A DNA stretch of 64,000 bases from Phycisphaeraceae bacterium (lineage in GTDB: Bacteria; Planctomycetota; Phycisphaerae; Phycisphaerales; SM1A02): NCBI GenBank assembly GCA_015709595.1, contig CP054178.1, forward strand, positions 1,553,205 to 1,617,204, read 5' to 3'. The notes beneath the pieces are model-generated. The model made no database searches. It was given only the letters and a program-made list of their open reading frames with translations, and was not told the DNA's origin. How positions within the stretch are numbered: the first letter of the stretch is position 1; every line of letters starts with the position of its first letter. This document shows, in pieces, positions 39,091 to 47,284 of this stretch. A program made the translations under genes and the position numbers.

Positions 39091-40205
39091 GCCTGCGGCG
39101 GCAATCGTGAAAGCGACGAGGATGATTCTTGCGTGAGTACTCGTCGTCCAGTCTCCTGCTTTTGGGGTCGATTCGGAGCTCCTGTGCCCAGAAAAGTGAA
39201 CCAGGCGATCAATGCCGTCAGTCCAAGACGTACCAGCAGGGCTGTTGAATCGAAGGCATTGCGATCGATGGCTGGCGCGTCATCTTCCCGTTGAAAGCGT
39301 ACTGTTTCCGTAGAACTCGACCAATCGCCCTGTCCGGTCAGGTCGTAGTAGGTCAGTGGCTGATCGGGTCGGAAGGCAACGAAGATCCGCGGAACGTCCT
39401 GTGGCGTTGCCGGAAGGCGAAAGTCATCCGAAGCAATGCCGCGAAACCGGATCCGAATCAACCATGTATTGCCGATCCTCAGGTTCTTGCGGATGAGCAT
39501 CCACTCGCCTTCTGATCCGTCCGGCTGGGCGTGTACTTGCCACAATGAAATGTCGGCGTTGTTCTGCGCGTCCCGAGCGGCCGCGATCGCCCTGATGTGC
39601 CGGTATCCGGCCGGCGCCTCTGGGAGTGGCTCGATGGGGACCAAGTCTCCGTAGGTCTTCGCGAATGCCTTCACTGGATCGCAGGTGAAATCGAACACAG
39701 TTTCCGCTGTTCGGAGACCGCCAACATTCGGAGCGCTGTATGGCGATCGTTCAATCTCCATGCGATCCCATCCGTTGCCGAACCATGCCAGTTCGCGGCA
39801 ACGTCCGATGAATTGCGTGCCGATCGGAAAGTCATGGCGGTCCGACCTGGGTCGATGAAACCACTCCCACTTCGACAGCGAAGGATGCGATCGGAAGTTG
39901 ACGTATTGGAACGAAACGCCGGCTTCGCCACCCCAGATCAGTCCGTCGAACAGAAACCCGCCGTGTTGTGGCTCAGTGGTGGACTGCAAGTCCGGAGAAG
40001 GTCGCATCGTCGAAAACAGGATATCATCTGCAACGGAGTCGATACGCCGCGCGAATCCGTAGACCTCGAATGCCCGTTCAGACTTGAGATTTGTCGGTGG
40101 TGACTCGACCGGTGGTGTTGTCGGCTGCTGCCAAGACAACGAAACCAGCAGAGCCATCAGTGCGGTGAAAGACCAAGTCGACGTCATGCGCCACCCCGAG
40201 AGCAT
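38937..40205 (-). CDS. Secreted hypothetical protein with C-terminal TM helix; the 3-prime 150 nt are probably not genuine coding in this frame
   Basis: Signal peptide MTSTWSFTALMALLVSLSW, a Trp/Phe-rich beta-looking body, and TM LGLTALIAWFTFLGTG. The tail QESSSSLSRLPPQACWPLRIPEAAGRS... overlaps the Cys-rich ORF and looks out of frame. Confidence 0.55.
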   Translation of the reverse strand: MLSGWRMTSTWSFTALMALLVSLSWQQPTTPPVESPPTNLKSERAFEVYGFARRIDSVADDILFSTMRPSPDLQSTTEPQHGGFLFDGLIWGGEAGVSFQYVNFRSHPSLSKWEWFHRPRSDRHDFPIGTQFIGRCRELAWFGNGWDRMEIERSPYSAPNVGGLRTAETVFDFTCDPVKAFAKTYGDLVPIEPLPEAPAGYRHIRAIAAARDAQNNADISLWQVHAQPDGSEGEWMLIRKNLRIGNTWLIRIRFRGIASDDFRLPATPQDVPRIFVAFRPDQPLTYYDLTGQGDWSSSTETVRFQREDDAPAIDRNAFDSTALLVRLGLTALIAWFTFLGTGAPNRPQKQETGRRVLTQESSSSLSRLPPQACWPLRIPEAAGRSAAIRPSSTTCAAQPTVTPSHAPIARADPCACADGSTC

Positions 40206-40409
40206 GCATTTCGGAGGGTTTCCGAAGACAATGCCACGATAACGCTGCAGAACGTCGTGTCAAGCGGGAATTGGGTGACCCCCCCCGAGGCGAGCATGGA
40301 AGTCACTTTCCAACAACGGGTTGTGGCTGATCGAACTTTCTGCGTCTTTTTGCGATTGCTCAACTTCCGGAGATCATCAGCAGCTCGGCGCGTCCTCCTC
40401 AACGGCCCC

Positions 40410-40459
40410 TCACCGCCCCTTCCGCCCGCGCCCCTTCGCCCCGCTCGTCGCCCGCGCGG
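40410..40459. repeat. Direct repeat, right copy (actual 3-prime end of the epimerase gene)
   Basis: See 36969-37018; 47/50 identity. Confidence 0.85.
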
Positions 40460-41636
40460 CCGCCTTCTTCTTCCCGCCGCCTTTGGCTGACGCCGGCTTG
40501 GCCGCCGTCGGCCGCGGGCCGTACCCGGCGGGGATGCCCTGCTTCCACGTGTCGAGTTTGCGGCTCTCGGCGATGTAGCCGTCGCCGGGGATCGGCTTGG
40601 ACCCGTGGGTGAACGCGCTCACCTGGCTCTTGTGGGCCGTGCGGGCGGTGTACTTGGCGGTGAACTCGTCATGAATCCAGCGATAGGTTTTCTCCATGCC
40701 CACGCGCAAGGATGTGTCCGGCTCCCAGTTCAGATACGACTTGATCTTGGTGTTGTCGGAGTTGCGGCCCGCCACGCCGCGCGGCGCATCGAGCTTGTAG
40801 TGGCGCTCAAGCGTGATGCCCGCGATCTCCTCCGCGATATCCACCAGCTGGTTGATGGTCACCAGTTCCGACGAGCCGAGGTTGATGGGTTCGAGGATGT
40901 CCGAGTTGGTGATGAGGTTGATGCCCTTCACGCAGTCGTCGATGTACATGAACGAGCGGGTCTGCGTGCCGTCGCCCCAGATCTCGATGTCGTGCTTGCC
41001 GGAGATCTTGGCGGCGATGACCTTGCGGCAGATGGCGGCGGGGGCCTTCTCGCGCCCGCCCTCCCACGTGCCGTTGGGGCCGTAGACGTTGTGGAAGCGG
41101 GCGACGCGCGTGGCGATGCCGAAATCCTCGCGGAAGTGGCGGCACATGCGCTCGGAGAAGAGCTTCTCCCAGCCGTAGCCGTCCTCCGGCAGGGCGGGGT
41201 AGGCGTCGGCTTCCTTGAGCGCGGTGACGTGAGGGTCCTTCTGCTTGTCGGCGTTGTACACGCAGGCGGAGGAGGAGTAGAAGAAGCGCTTCACGCCCGC
41301 CTCCTGCGCCGCCAGCAGCATGTGGGTGTTCACCAGCACGCTGAGCATGCACAGGGCCTTGTTGTTCTCGATGAAGCCCATGCCGCCCATGTCGGCGGCG
41401 AGCTGGTAAACCGTGGTGGCGCCGCGGCAGAGCTTGCGGCAGACCTTGAAGTCGCGGCAGTCGCCCCGCAGGGGGCCGGCGTAGTTCTCCACGTCGGGGA
41501 AGACCTGATACCACTCGTCCAAGGGCTTGATGTCCGCGGCGCGGATGGTCTTCACGCCCTGCTGGCGGAAGTAGTTGACCAGATGCCCGCCGATGAACCC
41601 GCCGGCTCCGGCGATGACGACGACTTGATTCCTCAT
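40410..41636 (-). CDS. GDP-mannose 3,5-epimerase-like NAD-dependent epimerase with Lys/Arg/Gly-rich C-terminal tail
   Basis: VIAGAGGFIGGHL, QLAADMGGMGFI, FFYSSSACVY, YGWEKL and RFHNVYGPNGTWEGGREKAPAAICRK closely follow the plant/bacterial GME pattern. The tail is ...KGGGKKKAAARATSGAKGRGRKGR. Confidence 0.85.
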   Translation of the reverse strand: MRNQVVVIAGAGGFIGGHLVNYFRQQGVKTIRAADIKPLDEWYQVFPDVENYAGPLRGDCRDFKVCRKLCRGATTVYQLAADMGGMGFIENNKALCMLSVLVNTHMLLAAQEAGVKRFFYSSSACVYNADKQKDPHVTALKEADAYPALPEDGYGWEKLFSERMCRHFREDFGIATRVARFHNVYGPNGTWEGGREKAPAAICRKVIAAKISGKHDIEIWGDGTQTRSFMYIDDCVKGINLITNSDILEPINLGSSELVTINQLVDIAEEIAGITLERHYKLDAPRGVAGRNSDNTKIKSYLNWEPDTSLRVGMEKTYRWIHDEFTAKYTARTAHKSQVSAFTHGSKPIPGDGYIAESRKLDTWKQGIPAGYGPRPTAAKPASAKGGGKKKAAARATSGAKGRGRKGR

Positions 41637-42000
41637 GACCTCTCCTGAATGCGGCCGCGGAATAGGGACTTCGGACGCCCTGAATCGGGCGCGGGCCGCC
41701 CGACCCGGCTGATCGCCCGTGCGGGGGCGATGGATGGCTCAAGGGCGGAGCGGACCCGCTGTGCTTCTACGAAATCGGTCCGGCACGGGTTCTGATTCAA
41801 TGCCGATGCGCCGGTTCCGCCCACCATCGTGCGATCGGGCCTCACTTCTCGGAACCGGCGACACAACCGCGAGGCCGAATCGAGCGACCCGTCGGCGGTC
41901 GAGTGCGGCGGAGGCGCGTCCTGCCGATCATGGTGATCCGCTGGCCCTTGTCGGGGCCGCCTTGTACCATCGGACAGACCTCAGGGGCACCCACCTCACC

Positions 42001-43344
42001 ATGCGCATCACCATCATCGGCACCGGGTACGTCGGCCTCGTCTCGGGGGCCTGCTTCGCCAGCACAGGCAACGAGGTTCTCTGTCTGGACCTGGATGAGG
42101 GCAAGATCGCCCGGCTCAACCGGGGCGAATCGCCCATCTACGAGCCGGGGCTGAGCGACCTGATCCAGCGCAACGCCAGGGCGGGGCGTCTGAAGTTCAC
42201 CACCGACAAGGACGCCGCCTACCGCCACGGCGAGGCGGTGTTCATCTGCGTGGGCACGCCGTCCGGACCGGACGGCTCGGCGGACCTGCGCTATGTGCTG
42301 CAGGCGGCGGAGGACATCGCCGCCGCGCTCGAGCAATACGGCCGCGAGGGCAAGCCCCGGCTGGTGGTGGTCAAGTCCACGGTTCCGGTGGGCACCACGC
42401 ACCGCGTGCGCGACGCCATCGCCAGGCGAACCACCGCGCCGTTCCTCATCGCCAACAACCCGGAGTTCCTCAAGGAAGGCGCCGCCATTCAGGATTTCAT
42501 GAAGCCCGACCGCGTGATCGTGGGCGCGGACGACCCCGCCGCGGGTGAACTCATGCGATCCCTGCACGAGCCCTTCGTGCGTCAGGGCAACCCGATCCTG
42601 GTGATGGACATTCGGTCGTCCGAGATGGTGAAGTACGCCAGCAATGCGATCCTGGCGGCCCGCATCAGTTTCATCAACGAGATCGCCACGCTCTGCGAGC
42701 ACTACGGAGCGGACGTGAAGTCGGTGCGCGAGGGCATGTGCGCCGATCAGCGCATCGGCAAGCACTTCCTCTACCCCGGGCTGGGCTACGGCGGCTCGTG
42801 CTTCCCCAAGGACACCCTGGCCGTCGTGGGCATGGGCCGGGCGGTGGGCTTCGAGTGCCGCCTCAACCAGGCGGTGCATGAGGTCAACCAGGGACAGCGC
42901 GAGCACTTCTGGTCGAAGGTGGTGGCGCATTTCGGCGGGAATCTTCGTGGCAGGACGCTGGCCTTCTGGGGCATCGCCTTCAAGCCGGAGACGGATGACA
43001 TCCGCGAGGCGCCGTCGCTCACGCTCATCGAGCGGGCGCTGGATGCCGGCGCCCAGGTACGGGCGTTCGACCCCGTGGCGGTGGAATCGCTGAAGCGCGA
43101 GTTCCCGCGCAGCGCGGACGTGACGACCACCGACACCATGTACGCCGCGCTGGAAGGGGCGGACGCGCTCATCATCTGCACCGAGTGGTCGGACTTCCGC
43201 CAGCCGGACTTCGAGCGCATCGCCCGCACGCTGAAGGAGAAGACGGTGTTCGACGGGCGCAACATCTGGCAGCGCCAGAAGATGGCCGAACTGGGCTTCA
43301 GTTACTACGCGGTGGGCCGCCCGGCGGTGAACGGGCGGGCGTAA
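42001..43344 (+). CDS. ugd: UDP-glucose 6-dehydrogenase
   Basis: MRITIIGTGYVGLVSGACFA, NPEFLKEGAAIQDF and GLGYGGSCFPKD (catalytic Cys). The track ORF start at 41719 is an extension. Confidence 0.9.
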   Translation: MRITIIGTGYVGLVSGACFASTGNEVLCLDLDEGKIARLNRGESPIYEPGLSDLIQRNARAGRLKFTTDKDAAYRHGEAVFICVGTPSGPDGSADLRYVLQAAEDIAAALEQYGREGKPRLVVVKSTVPVGTTHRVRDAIARRTTAPFLIANNPEFLKEGAAIQDFMKPDRVIVGADDPAAGELMRSLHEPFVRQGNPILVMDIRSSEMVKYASNAILAARISFINEIATLCEHYGADVKSVREGMCADQRIGKHFLYPGLGYGGSCFPKDTLAVVGMGRAVGFECRLNQAVHEVNQGQREHFWSKVVAHFGGNLRGRTLAFWGIAFKPETDDIREAPSLTLIERALDAGAQVRAFDPVAVESLKREFPRSADVTTTDTMYAALEGADALIICTEWSDFRQPDFERIARTLKEKTVFDGRNIWQRQKMAELGFSYYAVGRPAVNGRA

Positions 43345-43380
43345 GGCGGACCGAACGTGCCGAGCGCTCCTTCTCCGACA

Positions 43381-43415
43381 CCCTCTCCCTCTGGAAGAGG
43401 GTTGGGGTGAAGGTG
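43381..43415. repeat. REP-B element, degenerate copy (CCCTCTCCCTCTGGAAGAGGGTTGGGGTGAAGGTG)
   Basis: Sits between convergent ugd and dedA-like genes. Same box order as the copies at 26029 and 28810. Confidence 0.6.
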
Positions 43416-43417
43416 TC

Positions 43418-44245
43418 CTACGCGCTGACCTGCGGCTTGGCCCGGCCGCGCGGCTTGCGGAAGCGCTTGAGCCACCGCGCCTTCGAGCGGGGCACGCGCC
43501 GCGGCGTGCCCCGGCTGCTCACCCACCAGTTGAGCAGGAACGCCCCGATCAGCAGCACCGCGATCAGCCCGATGAGGGCCATGATCAGCGTCAGCCCCTT
43601 GGCGCTGCCCACGATGTGGTGCGACACCATCCATCCGAACCCCAGTTGCAGCCCCACCGTCACGAACAGCAGCGTGCCGTTGGCCAGCAGGAACTTCCAC
43701 GGCGACAGGTGCATCAGCCCCGCGACGATCATCGTGCTGGTGCGGCTGCCGGGCACGAAGCGCGCGGTCACGATCAGCCACGCCCCGCGCTCCTCGATCT
43801 GGTGCTTCGCCTGCAGCAGACGCCGCGGATGGGCCAGCCGCTTGAACCAGCGCTTGTGCAGCAGCGGCGTGCCGTAGCGATAGCAGATCACGTACCACAT
43901 GCCGTCGGAGATGAGCGCCCCCAGCCAGGCGCAGAAGTACGTGCTCAGCCACGGCAGGTGCCCCTGCCCGATCAGAAACCCCGCGGGGATGATGATCACA
44001 TCCTCCCCCATCAGCGGCATCACCAGCAGAAAGAGCACGGCGAAGGGGCCGTAGGTCTCCACCGCCTGCAGGATGCGCGGGTCGATGATGAAGCCGTCAC
44101 CGTTGGCCGCCGCTTCCGCCCCGTTGCCACCGGCCAGGCCCGCTCCGGTCAGCCCGCCCAGAAGGGCGAAGAGCAGGCCGAACAGCGCGATGAACGCTGC
44201 GGCGGTCAGCGTGGTGCGGAGCAAAGCCAGAGGGTTCCCGGTCAC
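43418..44245 (-). CDS. DedA/VTT (SNARE-associated) family membrane protein
   Basis: GEDVIIIPAGFLIG...YRYG...ERGAWLIVTARFVPGSRTSTMIVAGL matches the DedA core. Confidence 0.8.
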   Translation of the reverse strand: MTGNPLALLRTTLTAAAFIALFGLLFALLGGLTGAGLAGGNGAEAAANGDGFIIDPRILQAVETYGPFAVLFLLVMPLMGEDVIIIPAGFLIGQGHLPWLSTYFCAWLGALISDGMWYVICYRYGTPLLHKRWFKRLAHPRRLLQAKHQIEERGAWLIVTARFVPGSRTSTMIVAGLMHLSPWKFLLANGTLLFVTVGLQLGFGWMVSHHIVGSAKGLTLIMALIGLIAVLLIGAFLLNWWVSSRGTPRRVPRSKARWLKRFRKPRGRAKPQVSA

Positions 44246-44290
44246 TTCGGATAGTGTATCGGTCGGCGACGAATCGGGAACCCCCAGTCC

Positions 44291-45490
44291 GTGTCAAGAT
44301 CGCGCATCATCCTGGCGCCGGACACCTTCAAGGGCACGCTTTCAGCCCCGGAAGTCGCCGCGGCGATGGAGCGGGGCGTTCGCCGCGCCCTGATGGAGGG
44401 CGCCGGTCGGTTCGTCGATCGCACCGTGGACCCCGCGGCGGATTCCCAGGTCGTGCCCCTGCCCATCGGCGACGGGGGCGAGGGCACGCTGGACATCCTG
44501 CTGCGCGGCGCCGCGGCGCGCGGGGATGGCTCGGCGGCAACCCACCATCGGCGCGTCACCGGCCCGCTCGGGCAGCTGGTCGAGGCGACGTGGGCCGTGC
44601 TGCCCGACGGCCGGGCGTACATCGAGTTGGCTCAGACCGCGGGGTTGACCCTTACCCCCCAGTCCGCCCGCGACCCGATGCGGGCAACCACCTACGGCGT
44701 GGGTGAACTGATCCTCGCCGCGATTGGCGCGGGTTGCCGCCGCCTCATCGTCGGCGTGGGAGGCAGCGCGACCGTGGATGGCGGAACCGGCCTCGCCCAA
44801 GCCCTCGGATTCCGCTTCATCGACCGTGCCGGACGCTTGATCGACCAGCCGATGTGCGGCGGGCGTCTGCTGGACATCACCCGCATCGAACCGCCGCGCT
44901 CACCACTGCCCGATATCACCATCGAGGTCGCCTGCGACGTAACCAACCCGCTCCTTGGCCCGCATGGGGCGGCGCGGGTCTATGGGCCGCAGAAGGGCGC
45001 GACCGCCGAGCAGGTGGAGCAACTGGAACGGGGGCTGGCCCACCTGGCGTCGATCGCGGGCGGCGACCCGGCGGCGAAACACGCCGGGGCGGCGGGAGGC
45101 ACGGCGTACGGGCTGGCGACCTTCCTGAACGCGACGCTGCGGTCCGGCATCGACCTGGTCCTCGACCTGCTGCGATTCGATGAGCACGCCGCGTCGGCCC
45201 GGCTGGTTCTTACCGGCGAAGGGCGGCTGGACGGCCAGTCCCGCTTCGGCAAGGCGGCGCTGGGCGTGGCCGCCAGAGCGGGCCGGCACGGTGTTCCGAC
45301 CATCGCAATCGTCGGCTCGCTCGGGCCGGGGTGGGAGGAGTGCGTGGATGCTGATCCGCATCGCGGGCGACTGGTCGATGTCATCTCACTCGCGGAACGA
45401 TTCAGCGAGCGCGAGGCGCTGACCAATACAGCCGCGCTGATCGAACGCGCCGCGGCGGAGGCGATGTGCGGGTACGTCGATCGAAGTTGA
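44291..45490 (+). CDS. glxK: Glycerate kinase
   Basis: IILAPDTFKGTLSAPEVAAAM, PIGDGGEGTLD, VGVGGSATVDGGTGLAQALG and LVLTGEGRLDGQS. GTG start. Confidence 0.85.
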   Translation: MSRSRIILAPDTFKGTLSAPEVAAAMERGVRRALMEGAGRFVDRTVDPAADSQVVPLPIGDGGEGTLDILLRGAAARGDGSAATHHRRVTGPLGQLVEATWAVLPDGRAYIELAQTAGLTLTPQSARDPMRATTYGVGELILAAIGAGCRRLIVGVGGSATVDGGTGLAQALGFRFIDRAGRLIDQPMCGGRLLDITRIEPPRSPLPDITIEVACDVTNPLLGPHGAARVYGPQKGATAEQVEQLERGLAHLASIAGGDPAAKHAGAAGGTAYGLATFLNATLRSGIDLVLDLLRFDEHAASARLVLTGEGRLDGQSRFGKAALGVAARAGRHGVPTIAIVGSLGPGWEECVDADPHRGRLVDVISLAERFSEREALTNTAALIERAAAEAMCGYVDRS

Positions 45491-45516
45491 CGCCCAAGGG
45501 TGCGGGAGCGCACGCA

Positions 45517-45596
45517 GTGTGCCACGGCCGTCCGAAGGGTGTGCCACGGTCGTCCGAAGGGTGTGCCACGGTCGTCCGAAGGGTGTGCCACGGCCG
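45517..45596. repeat. 22-bp tandem repeat x3.6 (GTGTGCCACGGYCGTCCGAAGG)
   Basis: Units at 45517, 45539, 45561 and 45583 (partial), in the convergent intergenic region after glxK. Confidence 0.9.
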
Positions 45597-45808
45597 TGTC
45601 GGCCGTGCGGGCACGCGGCCAATGTGCGCCGAAGGAAGCGTGGAGTCCCAGAGGTGATGCGCCGCGACGGGGTTCCCGCAGTGTCGTACGCCTCCGGCCG
45701 CTCGCACGGCTGAGACAGCCGTGGCACATGGTGGCGATCGCACCGCGGAACCTCTCCGGATTCTCTCGACGCCCTCCATGACGGGACCGACGCCGGTCTC
45801 CGCGACCC

Positions 45809-47284
45809 CTACAAAACCACTTCCTCCCCCGCGCGCACGGCCCGGGGCAGGTCGGCGGCGGGCAGTTCCTCGGCCGACAGAGCCGTCAGCGGGCTGATCT
45901 CGATGGTGGCATTGACCCGACCCGCGGCGTCGCGCGGGATGGCCACGCCCCGCTTCTCCAGCCAGCGGGCGTTGCGCTCCGACTGAATCGCGCGGCTGGA
46001 GCGGGCGGAATCCACCCCCTCGGCGTTCTTGATCGGCGCGAACTCCTCGATGCGGTCGGTCTCGTACACGATCGACGATTCGGCCAGCGGAATGGCGTCG
46101 AAGACGAAGGCCTCCAGCTTCACCGCGTTGGGCTTCTCGGGGTTCACGGCCTGGCCCGTGACGGGGTCCACGTGCGGCACCTTCTTGTCCGCCCGGTGCC
46201 AGGGGAGAGCGAACCGGCCCTTCTTCGTGAGGCGATCGACGAACGCCACCGACATGAGGTGAATGGCGATCGACCCGGCCAGGAAGCGCAGCTGCCCGGC
46301 GGCGTCGGTCTGCCGCGCCAGGTCGGCGGGCAGATCGGAGTACTCGATGACCATCGTCTTGCCCCCGGACGTGCAGAACACGCCGACCTTTTCATCCGGG
46401 CTCACCTTGGGCAGCATTTTGCTGGACATCTCGGCGGAGGAATCCGGCGCGGCGGCGTGCAGCCCGAGAAAGAGCGGATCGACGATGCGCACCAGCGGGT
46501 TATCCACCTGGAAGTAGGAGATGTGCTCGATGCCTCGCGCGGCCATGTCCTCGATGGCGCCGCTGTCGCGCAAGGCGCGCAGCGACCCGCCGTGCCCATC
46601 CGGGTTGACGGCCAGCTCGTGCCTCGATGCCAGCAGCATCCGCCCGGTGGCGGCGTCGAAGGAAGGCATCACCCCCTGCGGGAACATGAAGATGTCGCGG
46701 CGCTGAAGCCCGAAGTTGTTGTTGTCGGCGAAGAACGCGCGGGTGGCGGCGTCGTTGATCGGGCTGGTCATGATGTACCAGGGGATCGTGACGCCGTACT
46801 TCCGCTGGTTGGCGAGAATCTGCTCGGCGAAGATCCGGAAGAGCGGCTTGCCGGTGACGGCCGACGCGGGAAAGGTGCCCTTGGGGCCGTTCCACCCCAG
46901 CCGCGTGCCCTGCCCGCCCGCGACGGTGAATGCCGCGACCTTGCCCTGGCGGACGATCCCCTCGCCGACGGCGGCGTACTGCGCCGCGTCATACGAGCGT
47001 GCGGGAGAGGACGGATTGTTGGGGTAGTACGACGCGGGCGAGAGGTCCGGCGGGATGGGCGTCTCGGGACGCCTGAGCACGTAGTCGGCGATGAGACGGT
47101 CGATCTCATCGAGATCGAGCGCCTCGATCTGGTCGAGCAACTGCTCACGCTCGTGCGGAGCAATGCGGTCGGCGAAGGCCAGCAGGTGCTCCTGCCCGTG
47201 GGCGGCGAGCGACTGGCGAACCATCGAGAGTCGATCCGAGAGTCGATCAGTCATGGCGAGAAGCGTACCTGTCCCGTTCTTCAA
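45809..47284 (-). CDS. UDP-sugar / UDP-N-acetylglucosamine pyrophosphorylase (UDPGP, UAP1-like)
   Basis: FTVAGGQGTRLGWNGPKG, WYIMTS, PDGHGG and YFQVDNPL are UDPGP family motifs. The start abuts the phoU stop. Confidence 0.8.
   Translation of the reverse strand: MKNGTGTLLAMTDRLSDRLSMVRQSLAAHGQEHLLAFADRIAPHEREQLLDQIEALDLDEIDRLIADYVLRRPETPIPPDLSPASYYPNNPSSPARSYDAAQYAAVGEGIVRQGKVAAFTVAGGQGTRLGWNGPKGTFPASAVTGKPLFRIFAEQILANQRKYGVTIPWYIMTSPINDAATRAFFADNNNFGLQRRDIFMFPQGVMPSFDAATGRMLLASRHELAVNPDGHGGSLRALRDSGAIEDMAARGIEHISYFQVDNPLVRIVDPLFLGLHAAAPDSSAEMSSKMLPKVSPDEKVGVFCTSGGKTMVIEYSDLPADLARQTDAAGQLRFLAGSIAIHLMSVAFVDRLTKKGRFALPWHRADKKVPHVDPVTGQAVNPEKPNAVKLEAFVFDAIPLAESSIVYETDRIEEFAPIKNAEGVDSARSSRAIQSERNARWLEKRGVAIPRDAAGRVNATIEISPLTALSAEELPAADLPRAVRAGEEVVL

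Larger units (their letters stand above)
37019..40409 (-). mobile_element. Putative 3.4 kb inserted islet (no integrase seen) between the two direct repeats
   Basis: Flanked by the 50-bp direct repeats. G+C looks clearly lower than the flanks (26/60 at 37501-37560 versus 44/60 at 41041-41100). Carries three co-directional ORFs without housekeeping identity. Confidence 0.45.
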
